DNA of 60,999 nucleotides, counting the filler, from Rhabdomonas costata (lineage: Eukaryota): assembly GCA_019059605.1 (NCBI GenBank). It is 18 parts of 18 records of this genome, joined end to end, with 100 filler letters (N's around TTAATTAATTAA, not from the genome) between each part and the next. Parts side by side here need not be neighbours in the genome. Positions count along the whole stretch, not along the records: positions 23,782 to 27,074 come from JAHMHO010001043.1; positions 27,175 to 30,470 come from JAHMHO010001044.1; positions 30,571 to 33,863 come from JAHMHO010001045.1; positions 33,964 to 37,256 come from JAHMHO010001046.1; positions 37,357 to 40,647 come from JAHMHO010001047.1; 13 more parts are not named here. One strand, given 5' to 3'. Below, piece by piece: positions 25,479-37,876 of this stretch. Position 1 is the stretch's first letter. Each line of letters begins with the position of its first letter. The notes under the pieces were generated by a model that saw nothing but the letters and a program-made list of their open reading frames with translations, was not told where the DNA came from and searched no databases. Both the position numbers and the translations under genes were made by a program.

Positions 25479-26921
25479 CCTCGCCGTGGTGGAATGGAGG
25501 GACGGCAAAGGAACCTATTTCTTGAGCCATCGTGTGGGACCTGGGATGTGGGCAAGGATAGGTGGGTGAACCCTACTGTGCGATAATTGGTGGGCTCGCT
25601 CGCGCCTCTGTCGGAACAAACTGCTGGCTTCAGCCTTGCTTCTCGTTGTACTCTTTGTGCTTTCCGAACTTAACAATGGTCGAAATTAAGAATTAGAACT
25701 TGATGTGCGTAGGATCCAACCGAGTTCATGTCAAGCACACAGAGGTTGCAACGCAGATCCTGTGCAACTCGTTTACACATGAGCTTTGCCGAGAGCAACG
25801 ACGTCAGGGTGACGTTGCAGCAACAATCGCGGGTGGGGTCCCTCTCCTATGCTGTGCGGTGCGGTGCGGTGCGGTGTGGTGCGCGGTGGGTGCGGTGAGA
25901 CGTGTGGAAAGGTGGGTAAAGAGTGTCACTGTTGTGAATTATAAGTTTTTTTGAAATGAGCAGTTGTTTTGCTTCTTGTTTTCCCGAAACGGAACGAAGT
26001 GAGGTAGGACGAAAGTGTGGAGTTTTTTCATGCAGGGCCCGTCCGTATGTCTGGTCAATTGTGTGTGTCAATTTTCGAGATTTGGTGTTTTGACATGGGT
26101 AGTCTACCCAATGGAAGTGCTCATAACCGACTCAAAGGCAACTTGGTAGGCTGGGGAAAAGGCGCGGCCAGTGCCTCCTTCAGTCCGCTTAGCGATTCTT
26201 CTCAACACCGCCCCCATAAAAATTCTTTAGGATATAAACCTGGTGTCCAAGCCCATTATGGGATCTTTGAACATGAAATTTATGCTTTTGAGCTTCGAAA
26301 CGACCATTTTTCCTATCAAATGGCCGAATTTTGGACCTTTTATGGTCTCCCACAATAGGGGTCAAATGGGGTCATCCGATTAAAAAATAATCGACGTACA
26401 GAAATGGACTCAGCTGTTTTTTTATGTCGGATGAGCAGTGAAATACCTTTCCGACGTTCTGAGCAGTTTTGAGGTGTTTTTCACCTCTTGGTGGCGTTAT
26501 TTTGCCTTCCTAAGCACTTTAAGTACTCCTATAACATGAATAACATGGACTTCATTGCTGGGAGAAAAGAAGCGTGGCGAGGCAACATGAGCTGGATAAA
26601 TAAGCTTAACAATAAACATCATAAACCCCTTCGTTTCGTGTTTTGGCCCCTGAGCGCTAGCGCCGGCGCGCGGCACCCTGACTTGTGGTTAGTTCGTAGT
26701 TCGTCGGACACGGTTTAAGCTGGGGCTTAAACTCCAGGTTCCAACACATTTGACGGAAGCTCATCGAAGCTAAGAAGCTGGATTGTTCTTTCGATGGTCC
26801 GTCATCCCCTTTTTCCATATGATCAGGCGCATTGCATCCCTACCTACCAGCCACACGTGAGAAGAGAAAGAGAAAGGAGCAGGGGGGAGCAGGGGGAGGA
26901 GGACTACAGGAGGAAGAAGTT

Positions 26922-27074
26922 ATGTCTGGAGACGTGCTGTGCCAGGACGCCGCGGCGGTTGGGGCGCTGCGGTGCCAGGTGGACAGCCAGTGCAAGGAGC
27001 TTCCCAGAGCGAAGGTGCTGCAATGCCAGCCTAGCAAGGAGCGGCCCGGGCTGTCCACCTGGCACCCCAACACA
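26922..27074 (+). CDS. Probable first exon of an unidentified gene (truncated)
   Basis: An ATG-initiated, high-GC3 frame (MSGDVLCQDAAAVGALRCQVDSQCKELPRAKVLQCQ) stays open to the scaffold end. No family recognised. Confidence 0.35.
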
Positions 27075-27955
27075 NNNNNNNNNNNNNNNNNNNNNNNNNN
27101 NNNNNNNNNNNNNNNNNNTTAATTAATTAANNNNNNNNNNNNNNNNNNNNNNNNNNNNNNNNNNNNNNNNNNNNGGGTGGGTGGGCACTTCATCGGTGTT
27201 CCCGTTAATTATACCAGAAATTCGTGCGGGGGTAACGAACCCCGATTGAGGGGTTAATAACTCTTCATGCCAATAACCGAAGCCTGTATGCTTCAGCGAA
27301 GTGCACACAGCATTTGCTTCATTCAGCTACAAGTCCCATCCGTTTTGTTGCACTTCCCCTTTCCTTTTCGTTCTCCACTTTTGACCATCGGCCGTTGTAC
27401 TCGACTTTTTCCCCTTCGCTTCTCGTCCCTTTTCTGTTCCTTCTGCAAGGATGACAGTCGCTGCAACCCGAGTTGCTCCCCAGTCCGCCTCGCCCGCTGC
27501 GAATCGCTCAACAGCAGCTGGTGCCCCTCCCTCTTTTCAAAGCTTCTGGTTGGTTTGAGATACTTCGCAGCTGAGCGTGGCATTCTTCTCTGCAGCGCTG
27601 TTCTTGAGTGATAATTGTGAAAGAAATATGGCTCCAACAACTTAGTAGTACAATGCGCTAGATGTGCACGGGAACGCATTTGCTATTCATGTCCACCCGG
27701 GCGGGCTCTTCTGAGGATTTAAAACAGTTTTTGTTCACGTGCCTGTTTCCTGTGCTTGGCTTTTGTCAGTCCGCAGTGTTTTTTTTGCCGCCTCCGTTTT
27801 TTGTTTTGTACAATATTTGCCGTCTTTTCTCGTGAGATTCGCCTCTGTTGACTCGAAAGACAACAGAGGCTCGAAAGGCAACTGTAGAGGTTTCTTGCTG
27901 ATTTTTTTTTTCGAAAACAATCCGTTTTGGCCGTGCTCAATCCCACCGAGTTAGA

Positions 27956-28021
27956 GGTTCTCAACCTTGGGTTACCTACACGAGGATGTCAGCTCGTGTA
28001 GGTAACCCAAGGTTGAGAACC
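27956..28021. repeat. Perfect 29-bp inverted repeat with 8-nt loop
   Basis: GGTTCTCAACCTTGGGTTACCTACACGAG-gatgtcag-CTCGTGTAGGTAACCCAAGGTTGAGAACC. Confidence 0.95.
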
Positions 28022-30316
28022 CCTGGACTGCGGACTGTGAAGGAGTGTAAGATCCCCACTTGACGGCAAACCCAACCCTCACTTATTTCTGGGAAACTCT
28101 CCGTTATTCTCTGTTCTCATGTCTCGCCCCTCACTTAGATTCCTGGGATTCTTCTAAGATCAGCGTTCTGCAGGGCTCCGCGTTCGCCCCTGAGGAGCCA
28201 TCTGCGACGGTTGTCCGGATCTCCACCCTGGAGGTCACCTTCGTCCTTGATCGGCTGCCAAAGCTCCGCAAAGCTCGCCATCTTCGGCTTCGGCTTCGGC
28301 TGGGCCCCACCTGCGTGACCACCCACANNNNNNNNNNNNNNNNNNNNNNNNNNNNNNNNNNNNNNNNNNNNNNNNNNNNNNNNNNNNNNNNNNNNNNNNN
28401 NNNNNNNNNNNNNNNNNNNNNNNNNNNNNNNNNNNNNNNNNNNNNNNNNNNNNNNNNNNNNNNNNNNNNNNNNNNNNNNNNNNNNNNNNNNNNNNNNNNN
28501 NNNNNNNNNNNNNNNNNNNNNNNNNNNNNNNNNNNNNNNNNNNNNNNNNNNNNNNNNNNNNNNNNNNNNNNNNNNNNNNNNNNNNNNNNNNNNNNNNNNN
28601 NNNNNNNNNNNNNNNNNNNNNNNNNNNNNNNNNNNNNNNNNNNNNNNNNNNNNNNNNNNNNNNNNNNNNNNNNNNNNNNNNNNNNNNNNNNNNNNNNNNN
28701 NNNNNNNNNNNNNNNNNNNNNNNNNNNNNNNNNNNNNNNNNNNNNNNNNNNNNNNNNNNNNNNNNNNNNNNNNNNNNNNNNNNNNNNNNNNNNNNNNNNN
28801 NNNNNNNNNNNNNNNNNNNNNNNNNNNNNNNNNNNNNNNNNNNNNNNNNNNNNNNNNNNNNNNNNNNNNNNNNNNNNNNNNNNNNNNNNNNNNNNNNNNN
28901 NNNNNNNNNNNNNNNNNNNNNNNNNNNNNNNNNNNNNNNNNNNNNNNNNNNNNNNNNNNNNNNNNNNNNNNNNNNNNNNNNNNNNNNNNNNNNNNNNNNN
29001 NNNNNNNNNNNNNNNNNNNNNNNNNNNNNNNNNNNNNNNNNNNNNNNNNNNNNNNNNNNNNNNNNNNNNNNNNNNNNNNNNNNNNNNNNNNNNNNNNNNN
29101 NNNNNNNNNNNNNNNNNNNNNNNNNNNNNNNNNNNNNNNNNNNNNNNNNNNNNNNAATATCTTCTTCTTCTCCTTCTTCTTCTTCTTCGAAATCACAGTC
29201 CATCGATCTCGCGAAGATCCCGGTGGGCGTGGAAGCTCAGCACAGCATTGTGTTCGCCTTCGGCACGCTGTTCGCGCAGCTTCAGCTTGGGGTCCCGGAT
29301 CCCTCCTCCAACCCGTTGCTGGGAACAACCCACAAAAGCCAACGCCCGTAACCATTTCCTTTGGAGAGACACATGATTTACTTGATAGTGAGTTGTGAAC
29401 GAAGTGGCCACCCAATTCAGTGTGTGTCTCTGAAGGGTATCCAGGTGTTTGGGAGCCACGGAAACGCACTTCCTTGGTCGCGTATGCGTCGAGAGCATTT
29501 CTGACTTGATGTCTTCGAATCTTGGTGCGTTTTTTCTGATTCCCGGGACATCGCGGACATTCTAAGGTGAGGTGTGTGAGTTTCTCTCCTATATGGCGAG
29601 GCGCTCGCACAGAAGTGACCAGCCGGAACAGAAACTCAAGATGAGGTGTTTGTCATCGAGTTGTGGCCTTTGGATGTGTTGCCGAGTCCTTCTCAATTCC
29701 TTCCGCCCCCGCAAAAAAAGCTTTGTCTGTAATGAGGGCCTTTTCCATCGCTTTCCCACACCACGGAAAATGAGCCGCACTGCCGGCCATTGTTGATTAC
29801 ACATTTACTTTTTGATGCTTCTCGGAGCAATACCAGAGGGAACCTCCAATGATTGGTGTAAACTGGTCATCCTTCCCCCTCCGCTTTACAGCTTAGTCTC
29901 AATGCGGACGGGTGAGTTGTGTGTTGCGTTTTTGTTGCAGTTTCTTTCACACACACACATCCTGGTCCGTCCTGGCCCTCCTGATTTTCCACAAACTCAT
30001 TGGTTCTTTTTTACGTCCCATTTTTCTCTGTCCTCCCCAGTCTTGCCCACAGCCCTGTCTTCCCCAGTCTTCCCCACTGAAACATTGCTACTAATCATCA
30101 TGTGCCCTGACCTCCGCAATAAAGATATACAGATAGCATGTGTGCCTTTCCTAGTGCTGATCTTTTGCACACCACCCTGTGACACCGTCCCTGCAGCAAT
30201 GCAGGCTGAGCCGGCTTTTACCTTTGCTCCCTCCCCCCTGATTTCCGAATAATTCTGTGCGGACGTGCCTTGTCAGCCTTCTGCTTCAGGCACAAAATTT
30301 CCCAGTCTTCCGAGTG

Positions 30317-30470
30317 GGTTAGCGTGATGACACCCTATGGATGGGGCCTTTGTGGTGATTGTTGTACAGCCAAATAGTGCTAGTGAAGTCCGGTACGGTA
30401 ACTCTGGTACGGTTTGGCTGTACAACAATCACCACAAAGGCCCCATCCATAGGGTGTCATCACACCAACC
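30317..30470. repeat. Foldback element with 51-bp perfect arms (30324-30374 / 30413-30463)
   Basis: GTGATGACACCCTATGGATGGGGCCTTTGTGGTGATTGTTGTACAGCCAAA and its exact reverse complement flank a 38-nt spacer. The right arm runs into the scaffold end. Confidence 0.95.
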
Positions 30471-31206
30471 NNNNNNNNNNNNNNNNNNNNNNNNNNNNNN
30501 NNNNNNNNNNNNNNTTAATTAATTAANNNNNNNNNNNNNNNNNNNNNNNNNNNNNNNNNNNNNNNNNNNNTGTGTGTTGGCAGAACAAGGCCGCAATGGA
30601 GGCATGTGGTGATGGTGGTCGAGGCGAGCGGATGCGAAAATTTTTTTTGCGGCAAGATCTTGCAAGGGGTGCACTACCGGGTGTCCCACATAAAAGAATG
30701 CAACGTCGTTTGATGATATAGAAAATGCCACTTGCGATGTCCAGGGGATGGGATGTGGGATAGTTTTGTTTCTGGGTGTGTGTATCTGTGAACAAGAAAC
30801 CTTCCCCCAATGTCCTGCCAACATACATCGCACGAACACCTGCGCTTCACCATCCAAGGCAGTCATGTCTGGGAATCAGCACCAAGCAGTTTAATTGAAA
30901 AAAGCTGGATAATTTCCTTGGGATACCTGGTACTGGGCGCTACTTATGTTTGTCGGGTCTCCTCACGGTCTCACTCGCCCACCCACTCACTCACTTCACT
31001 TCCACTCACCCACTCGCTCGCTTAACAAGTGGAGCATGACGTGGACTGGCACACGGGAGGAAAAAGAAAAAACCTTGCAATCCTGGAGATTAGAACCTAC
31101 TGACGGGTACTCGGTCACCGACGTGACGCGGACACCACCAGCATTCAAAACAGCGGCGGAGTGTATCCACCTGCTGGACTCACAGACACCAGACTCCACC
31201 TGCCAG

Positions 31207-33780
31207 ACTCGGATGATCACGGGCGAGGGCCAGAGGGAGAACAATGCAAAGGAGAGGGAGGGAGCGATAGTGATCGTGCTGCGGGAAGGTGATAGGGGAA
31301 AAATCAAAGGAAAATCACACAAAAGGTTGTGTATGTGTGTGTGTGGGGGGGCTGTAGAGAGGCCACCAAGCTCTAAGCAGATTGGGCTAGTGCAGAGGGC
31401 TGGAGCTCCGCGGTGTAATGCGCCGGTGAGATTTCCCCAAGAACCTCCGCCCAGTAGGAGAAGGATGATCCATACCCCGAGAAGCGGCCAGGCAGCGAGA
31501 GAGAGAGAGTTTGAAATTCCGCAAGAGGCAGAGAAGACCTCCACCAAAACCATGCCTTGTGCACGAAGTGTGTGTACGGGGCTCTGTGCAGGAGTGCCGA
31601 CTGCAGGGCGAGGCAGAGCAGGCCCGCCGGCGCGCGCTTGGGGACCAGTTCTCGCGAACCATTGCCGAGCTCTCGGGGTCGATGCAGGCCCAGGCCGCTG
31701 AGATGGACGCGCTGCGCTCGGAGGTCGCCCTGCTGCAGAACACTGACACCAAGGCCTGCGGCGTGCGCACACACACAGCACCCATGCGCGCGTACACACA
31801 GCTGTTGGCACGCTCTCCTAGTTGCTGTCTTTTTTTCAGGTCAGCAAGACCGAAAACGATCCCTAAAAATCCTGGTCCTATAAGACAGCACCACACCGAA
31901 CGCATTGCGGTCCACACCCAATGCCCCCAAGAACTTTTCCCGGGCTTTGCCCTTAGGCATGTTAAGCAGGCCGTTTAGGCTGCAAAGGCCCAAAAAGTGC
32001 TCCCCAGACTCTTAAAATTAAAATCATCGAAAAGTGCTTAAAAGGCCCAAAAAGTGCTCCCCAGACTCTTAAAATTAAAATCATCGAAAAGTGCTTAAAA
32101 GGCCCCAAAATGGAGCCGTCACGTTGCCATAATAAGGGGTAGAGATGCTGCCCAAGGCTGGAAAATTGCCAGTAAATCCAACTCAGGAGTTCTACTGTCC
32201 CACTTAGTATGATTTCTGTGCCAGGTCCTTTGGCCAGAGTTGAGCTGCAGCAAATGAACGTACTTCCTCCCCATACCCAGCCAAAAGGGCTCTCAACCAT
32301 TTCCAGAATGGGACTGAGAGGTTCTCTCCCAAAGAGGATTTCTTGGTTCTCAAGTGTCTGTCTGAAGTGTAGGACAGCGGAGAGCTCGAGCCTCTATTGT
32401 TTGCTTTTGACATTTTTTGACTCTTTTGTTGGGCTTTTTACTTTGGACGCACTAATTTCATGATCCTTTCTTTCCAAAAACTGAGACACTTTAAGAAAAT
32501 TTTCAAGATTTTTGGGTTGCAGATGATCTTTGTTTTCCCTGTGAATATATCCATCAGAAACAGCACATTTCTGCATTTTTGGGCGAGAATTTCGGTTTGC
32601 AGTAGTTTTCAACAGGAAAAACAGGTTTTATGTGTATTGGCGTGCGCATAGAGACTGACCACAATCTTGCCTTTTGAGTTCGCAACATTACACAGTGTCC
32701 GCTGTCCACCATATAGGACTTGCTTAGGGTATCCTCCGTATTGTCCTCCACACCCATCCCCAATAATTTCAAAGTGGTTGGAGGTGCTGGCACTCGCATT
32801 CGCATTCGCATTCACATTCGCATTCGCATTCGCATTCGCATTCGCATTCGCATTCGCATTCGCGTTCAGTGGTGTCAGTGACGCTCAGAGGTGAACTGAT
32901 CATTTTCTGGTGTTGGCTGTGGGAGATTTGGGCATTAGGAGATTTGGAGGCTGACTGGGCCACAGAGGACCCACACTCAGAGGACGCAGAGTGGTGGTGT
33001 GGTGGTTTAGTCTGAGCACCGTGGTGCACTTCATTCGCTCATTTAAGGGCCGCCTTTCAAGGCCTGCGTGAGCTCTTTTGTTTTCAACTACCTGCACATT
33101 GGAGTCTTACTATATTTAGCAGGGTGTTGGCAATTTTGGGTTTGGGCCTTCCGCATTCCATCGTGGGGAAGACGCTCCGCCGCGAATACTCTCCCTGCGA
33201 GGCGGTGGCCAATGGCACGTGGCAGGAGGGGATTGGGTATGGTGGGGAGCGTATATTCTTTTCTTTTCCTTTCTCCTTTGCTCAATTGTAGATGAAAGCC
33301 ATGCTGGAGAAGTGCCGGCAGGACGCACAGGCGGGGCTGGAGGCCAAGGAGGCCGTTGTGACAAAGATGATGGACGCCGTGCGCGCTGCGCAGGTGCCCC
33401 ATCCTTTGCTCTCTTTGCAGATGCTTTGTGCATGTTAGGCTCGGAGGGTTGAGGGTAGGACGCTCAAGATTACTCCAAATGCGCCAGTCGGTGTTCCCCA
33501 GGCTCGCGAACGTCATCGCCATAGGTCCGAGGGTGATGTCAACGGTTTTTGTTGGAGTGCGTGTGGGTTTTTGTGCTTTTCGAGAGGACGGAGGGTGAGA
33601 GGTTGGGGTGCTTTTCCTCAGGAGGAAGTGGCGGCGGAGCCCACGAGGGTGGAGGCACAGGAGAAGGAGGTCGCGGAGGAGGAGGTGCGGCTGAAGGTGC
33701 TGCGGGCGCGGCAGGAGTTCCTCAACGAGAAGTTTCGGCAGGTCCAGGTCAAGCTGGTCGAGGCCAACCCCATATTTCAG
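31207..33780 (+). CDS. Taxilin-like coiled-coil protein fragment (exons 31207-about 31260 uncertain, 31592-31753, 33292-33393, 33622-33780)
   Basis: QRENN...[19 protein letters not shown]...MKAMLEK...[26 protein letters not shown] parallels recalled taxilin motifs (LQR.N...EEEKRKE....FQ.TL.DI; QL..Y.EKF.EFQ.TL.KS.EVF). Confidence 0.6.
31984..32110 (+). repeat. 57-bp tandem repeat, about 2.2 copies, intronic
   Basis: AAAGGCCCAAAAAGTGCTCCCCAGACTCTTAAAATTAAAATCATCGAAAAGTGCTTA repeats with period 57. Confidence 0.92.
32794..32867 (+). repeat. (TCGCAT)n hexanucleotide microsatellite, about 12 units
   Basis: Direct reading. It explains the AFAFAF and ECECEC pseudo-ORFs. Confidence 0.95.
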
Positions 33781-34065
33781 GCCCTGTCCCCACCCACCCA
33801 TCCCAAGTTACCTCTCTTTGCATCGTGTGAATATACGGGTGTTCCCAGTCTCCACACCCACCCNNNNNNNNNNNNNNNNNNNNNNNNNNNNNNNNNNNNN
33901 NNNNNNNTTAATTAATTAANNNNNNNNNNNNNNNNNNNNNNNNNNNNNNNNNNNNNNNNNNNNGTGCCTCGCCGCCGTTGTGCCAGTAGCGATTTTCATT
34001 ATCGTCGTCTGCTGCGGTGCGGCTGTGCCTGTTTTCCTCGTTTTCGTCATCTTGTTTTTTCGCAG

Positions 34066-36789
34066 TTCTTGTGGAAGATGTACCACGTCACCAATGTCCC
34101 GTGGGGGGGCTGTATGCTGGTTTGGCGGATCCACCACTGCATCGCCGACGGGATGGCTCTGGTGCATGTCGTCCGCAGCGTCTTCGAGGACGACGCCAGC
34201 GCCTCCGCAGAGGAGGCCAAGAAGGCCACGCGGCGGCCTCGGCCCCCTCCAGCTAAGGACCCAGCCGCGCTGGCCAAGATCTTCGCCCCTGGGGTTGTCG
34301 CGGCCTTTGCAGGTACGTGGCCCTGGGGATGGGGGGAGGGGAGGGGATTGTTTTCGTTTCAACGTTGCGGTGGTGTTATTGACGCCATCATTGGCGAGCG
34401 GCTGAGTGGTTTCTTCGAGTTTGTCGCTTTTCTCGTGTCAAAGTCGTGGTAGAACGGTTTTATTTGGTGGTGAGGGCGGGGGGATTTGCAAAGTTTTCGA
34501 ATTTCGTTGTACGTTCTTTATTCGGCTGTGGGCAGCAACAAACGAAGCCCACGGCTTTTCCTCCGCGATTCACTGCTTATCCCAGGTCACGGCTCTGGTT
34601 TTTCGAGGGCACCCGCCTGTTTTCAGTATAAATTGTTGTACACACACACACACACACCATTACCCTTCACATTCACCACGCATTTGGAACGCGGAGCGGT
34701 GAGCTGGTATTTCACGCACCGTTCTCTCTTCAGTCCACTGCAGTTACCAATGTCCAGACCTGTCCCAGACCAAAAGTCAGGCAGGTCAAAGCCAGCGCGC
34801 TATTTGTCCAACGCACAAACACATACAAACACACGCGAAAGCAGCAACTGAAAGCATGAATAACTTCAGTGTAGACTTCTCTCCCTTTCAGGATACTTTG
34901 TGCTGGGGATCTTCTCCTTGCTCAGCAGCCTGCTCATCTGCGCCTTCGTCACGGTTGCTTTATCCCACGGCCGGCAGCTGGTTCGGGTATGAGCATGGCT
35001 GGTCAACAGCATAGCCTTTTCTGCGCAGGAACTGTTTCATTGGCGGTAGGATTCTCGGGGCACCAGGTTTTTTTAACCCCCGCGAGTCCCACGTTGCACG
35101 ATATTCCCCCTCCGAAATTTTCCGGCTTGAAACCCATTTCCCCGCCCACTTTTTCTGGTTCTGTTTGTGGTTCGTAAGGTACCTGAAGCAGTTGTGTTTA
35201 CCTAACAACAGAACTTCAGCCTTTTCACTGCCGCTTCCTCTTGCTCATTTGGAATGGCAAAGTGGTTGCAGGACTTCTGGCGAAGCCCTCACAACAAAAA
35301 GGGCAACACAACAAAGTGGTACCGCTTGACTGATCTTTGCCCTCATCCGTTTTTCAATCAACGGATTAACGCGTTGTAGACGTTTTCATTACTCCCGTGC
35401 AACACGGTTTTGCTTTCCTCGCCGGTGTTCCGGTATTTTTATGAAGATTTTGTTAACGCCAGCCAGCGGCTCCTGCTGTTTGGGTATTGATGTGAGCAGA
35501 AGGACACCAGTGGGGATGTGATGTGAGACTTGTATTGAAAGCACAGCTTTCTCTGTGACGGTTACATTTGCTGTCACAATACCAAACCCAAGGGAGGAAT
35601 CGAATTTAGCAAAACGTTAACCTGCCCCAGCACGGTTTCTTTCCATACAAGGGGTATCATGGAAACTACAAGCAATGAGCATTTCTGTACTCAGCGCCGC
35701 TCGCCGCTTTCTTTTCTTATGGGGGTGGGGCTTCGGTAGGTCACTGCCATCGCCCTGGGGCTCATTAAATGGGACTCCATGCCGCAGCTCCACAACCCCC
35801 TGGCTGGCTCCAAGCACACCACTGTGGTCCGAGAAGTGAAGGTGGAGGATGTCAAGGCAGTTGCGAAGGCCTTCAGCGGTTCTCTCCCCTGCCCCGGAAA
35901 AAAAACTCCGCCCAAACTCCAACCTCTTCCCTTGCAAACTCTGCGCGCGGTCTGAATGGGGTGCCGTGCCCCAGCACTGCCAATGTTTGCTGGAGCATGA
36001 CACTCTCCTGAACTGCTAGTGTACGCTTTTTGCAGTTGCTCTCTGGTCTCATGGTGGACTCAAGAAGGGGTTGGATTTTACACAATGTTTGCTGCACATT
36101 GGCCCTAATGACGACGGAAACCCCCACCCCCACCCCTCACACACATACCCATCGTGCTCGTGCTCCTTGGAAGCCGCTGTCACCTTCAGCTTTTTGATGA
36201 ACATAACTTTTGTTTTATGACAACAAGTTTTTGATGACAGTGACTTTTTCACGACAAAAAAACCGGAGCAGCGAAGCCTGCGACCCCATGTCTGGTTCGG
36301 CTTAGCCCTCAGCCTTCAGGCATTTCCGAAGCGTGTTGTGTGTATGCTATAATGTTGTCAGTGGAATGCTGGGCCAAAAGAAAAATGTGGAAGAAACACA
36401 TGTTGGGGAAACGTGCAACGTTGCAACATCACTTTTCTGCCGCATCGAAAGGGCCAAACTGCCTTTCAAGTTTTCAAACCGTTTGCACCGCTTCGTCCCT
36501 TTTCTGCTTTGGATTCGGGGGGGGGGGGTAGCCCCCTCCTTGGCCTACTCAGCCCAGCCGGGCCGTTTCAGGTGGAGGTGAGGGAGAGGAGTGGAATGCA
36601 CTTGCTGTCTCAGGGGAGACGCAGCTGACGGTCAACGACGTGCTGTGTGGGCTGCTCGGGGGGGCCTTCCGAAGGTACTCCCGCACCACCCTGAAGGCCG
36701 ACCCTAATGCCCTGGTGCTCCGCGGGGTGATGCCCGTGAATGTGCGCTCGGGGAAGGCCGTGCCCCGCTGCGAAAACAAGTTCTCCCTG
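34066..36789 (+). CDS. Wax ester synthase/diacylglycerol acyltransferase (WS/DGAT) fragment (exons 34066-34312, 34892-34953, 35740-35878, 36614-36789)
   Basis: Catalytic HHxxxDG motif (RIHHCIADG), followed by VEDVKAVAKAF, TVNDV, MPVNVR and NKFS in family order. Introns are GT-AG and in phase. Confidence 0.88.
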
Positions 36790-37876
36790 GTGTGTCTCTG
36801 ACTGTGCTGTGCCAGCCGGGCCTCCATCCTCGCTTTTCCGCGGCACTCATCCCAGATGGGTAGTCAGCCTTCCGTCGTTTTGTGTGCGATCTGATATCAG
36901 ATCAGAATCAGAACACGAATGACGAGGGAGCCTGAGAGAAAGTTTTATCAGCATACGGCAGAGAGATTGTGCATCTCACTCTAAAGAAGCGAGCAAAAAA
37001 TGCACAGCGGAGCCAACGAGGGAGAAAGAGGCGGCACAAAAAAGCGAGAAGCAGTATTCGAACATGAGAAGAAAGTAGGGGCGTGAAACCGTGGTAAGAG
37101 GGAGAAATTGGCAGCTTTTTCGGTTGTGATCCGCACCATCCGATTCTTCAGAGCACCCCCCCCCGCATTTCTCCTGTTCAGCGATTGAAGGAGAAAAGAC
37201 GTTTGCAAAAAAAAACATTGCGCATGCGCTTGAGGAGGCCAACCACCATAGCAAAANNNNNNNNNNNNNNNNNNNNNNNNNNNNNNNNNNNNNNNNNNNN
37301 TTAATTAATTAANNNNNNNNNNNNNNNNNNNNNNNNNNNNNNNNNNNNNNNNNNNNTGTGTTTTGTCAGTTGGGTGCTCAGAATTCTTACCGTCACTCTT
37401 TTTCCCTACCCCTCCCTTCCCCCCCCGTCTTAATCTTAGGCCATGCCGATCGCAACAGAGTTCGCTGTAGGGCACACTTCACTTTGGTAGAGTTGAGAAT
37501 TGTCATGCGGCGGAAAAAAAATGAAACAGCACACACTAACCTTCGGTAGAATTTTGAATTTGTGATGGCTGAAGTTTTTCTGTTGTCGCTATTCGAAGAT
37601 TTTCGAAAAATGACATGCTAAAGGGTTTGCCTACAACCGCGGCAAATAACTTCAAATCGGTGGAACCCAATCATTTTAGGGGTACGTACTTTTGGGGTGG
37701 GGGCTCGGCCTGAATGCTTGCACTTTGGAGCATGTTTACCATTACGTACTCTGCTTGCCTCATCACTTGGTGGGTATACAAACATGGGTGCTGCGTGCTT
37801 CCCGGACTCCGCAGTGTTTTTTTGTTAGGGCTGCTGCTTCTCAGGCTCCTTTTTTGTCTTCTGCCCGCGTACGCAG

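Noticed and set aside
28060-29610. Long ORFs of 322-491 aa in the ORF track
   Set aside because: They run through an 828-nt N gap. Flanking segments may be exons, but I could not fix the frame.
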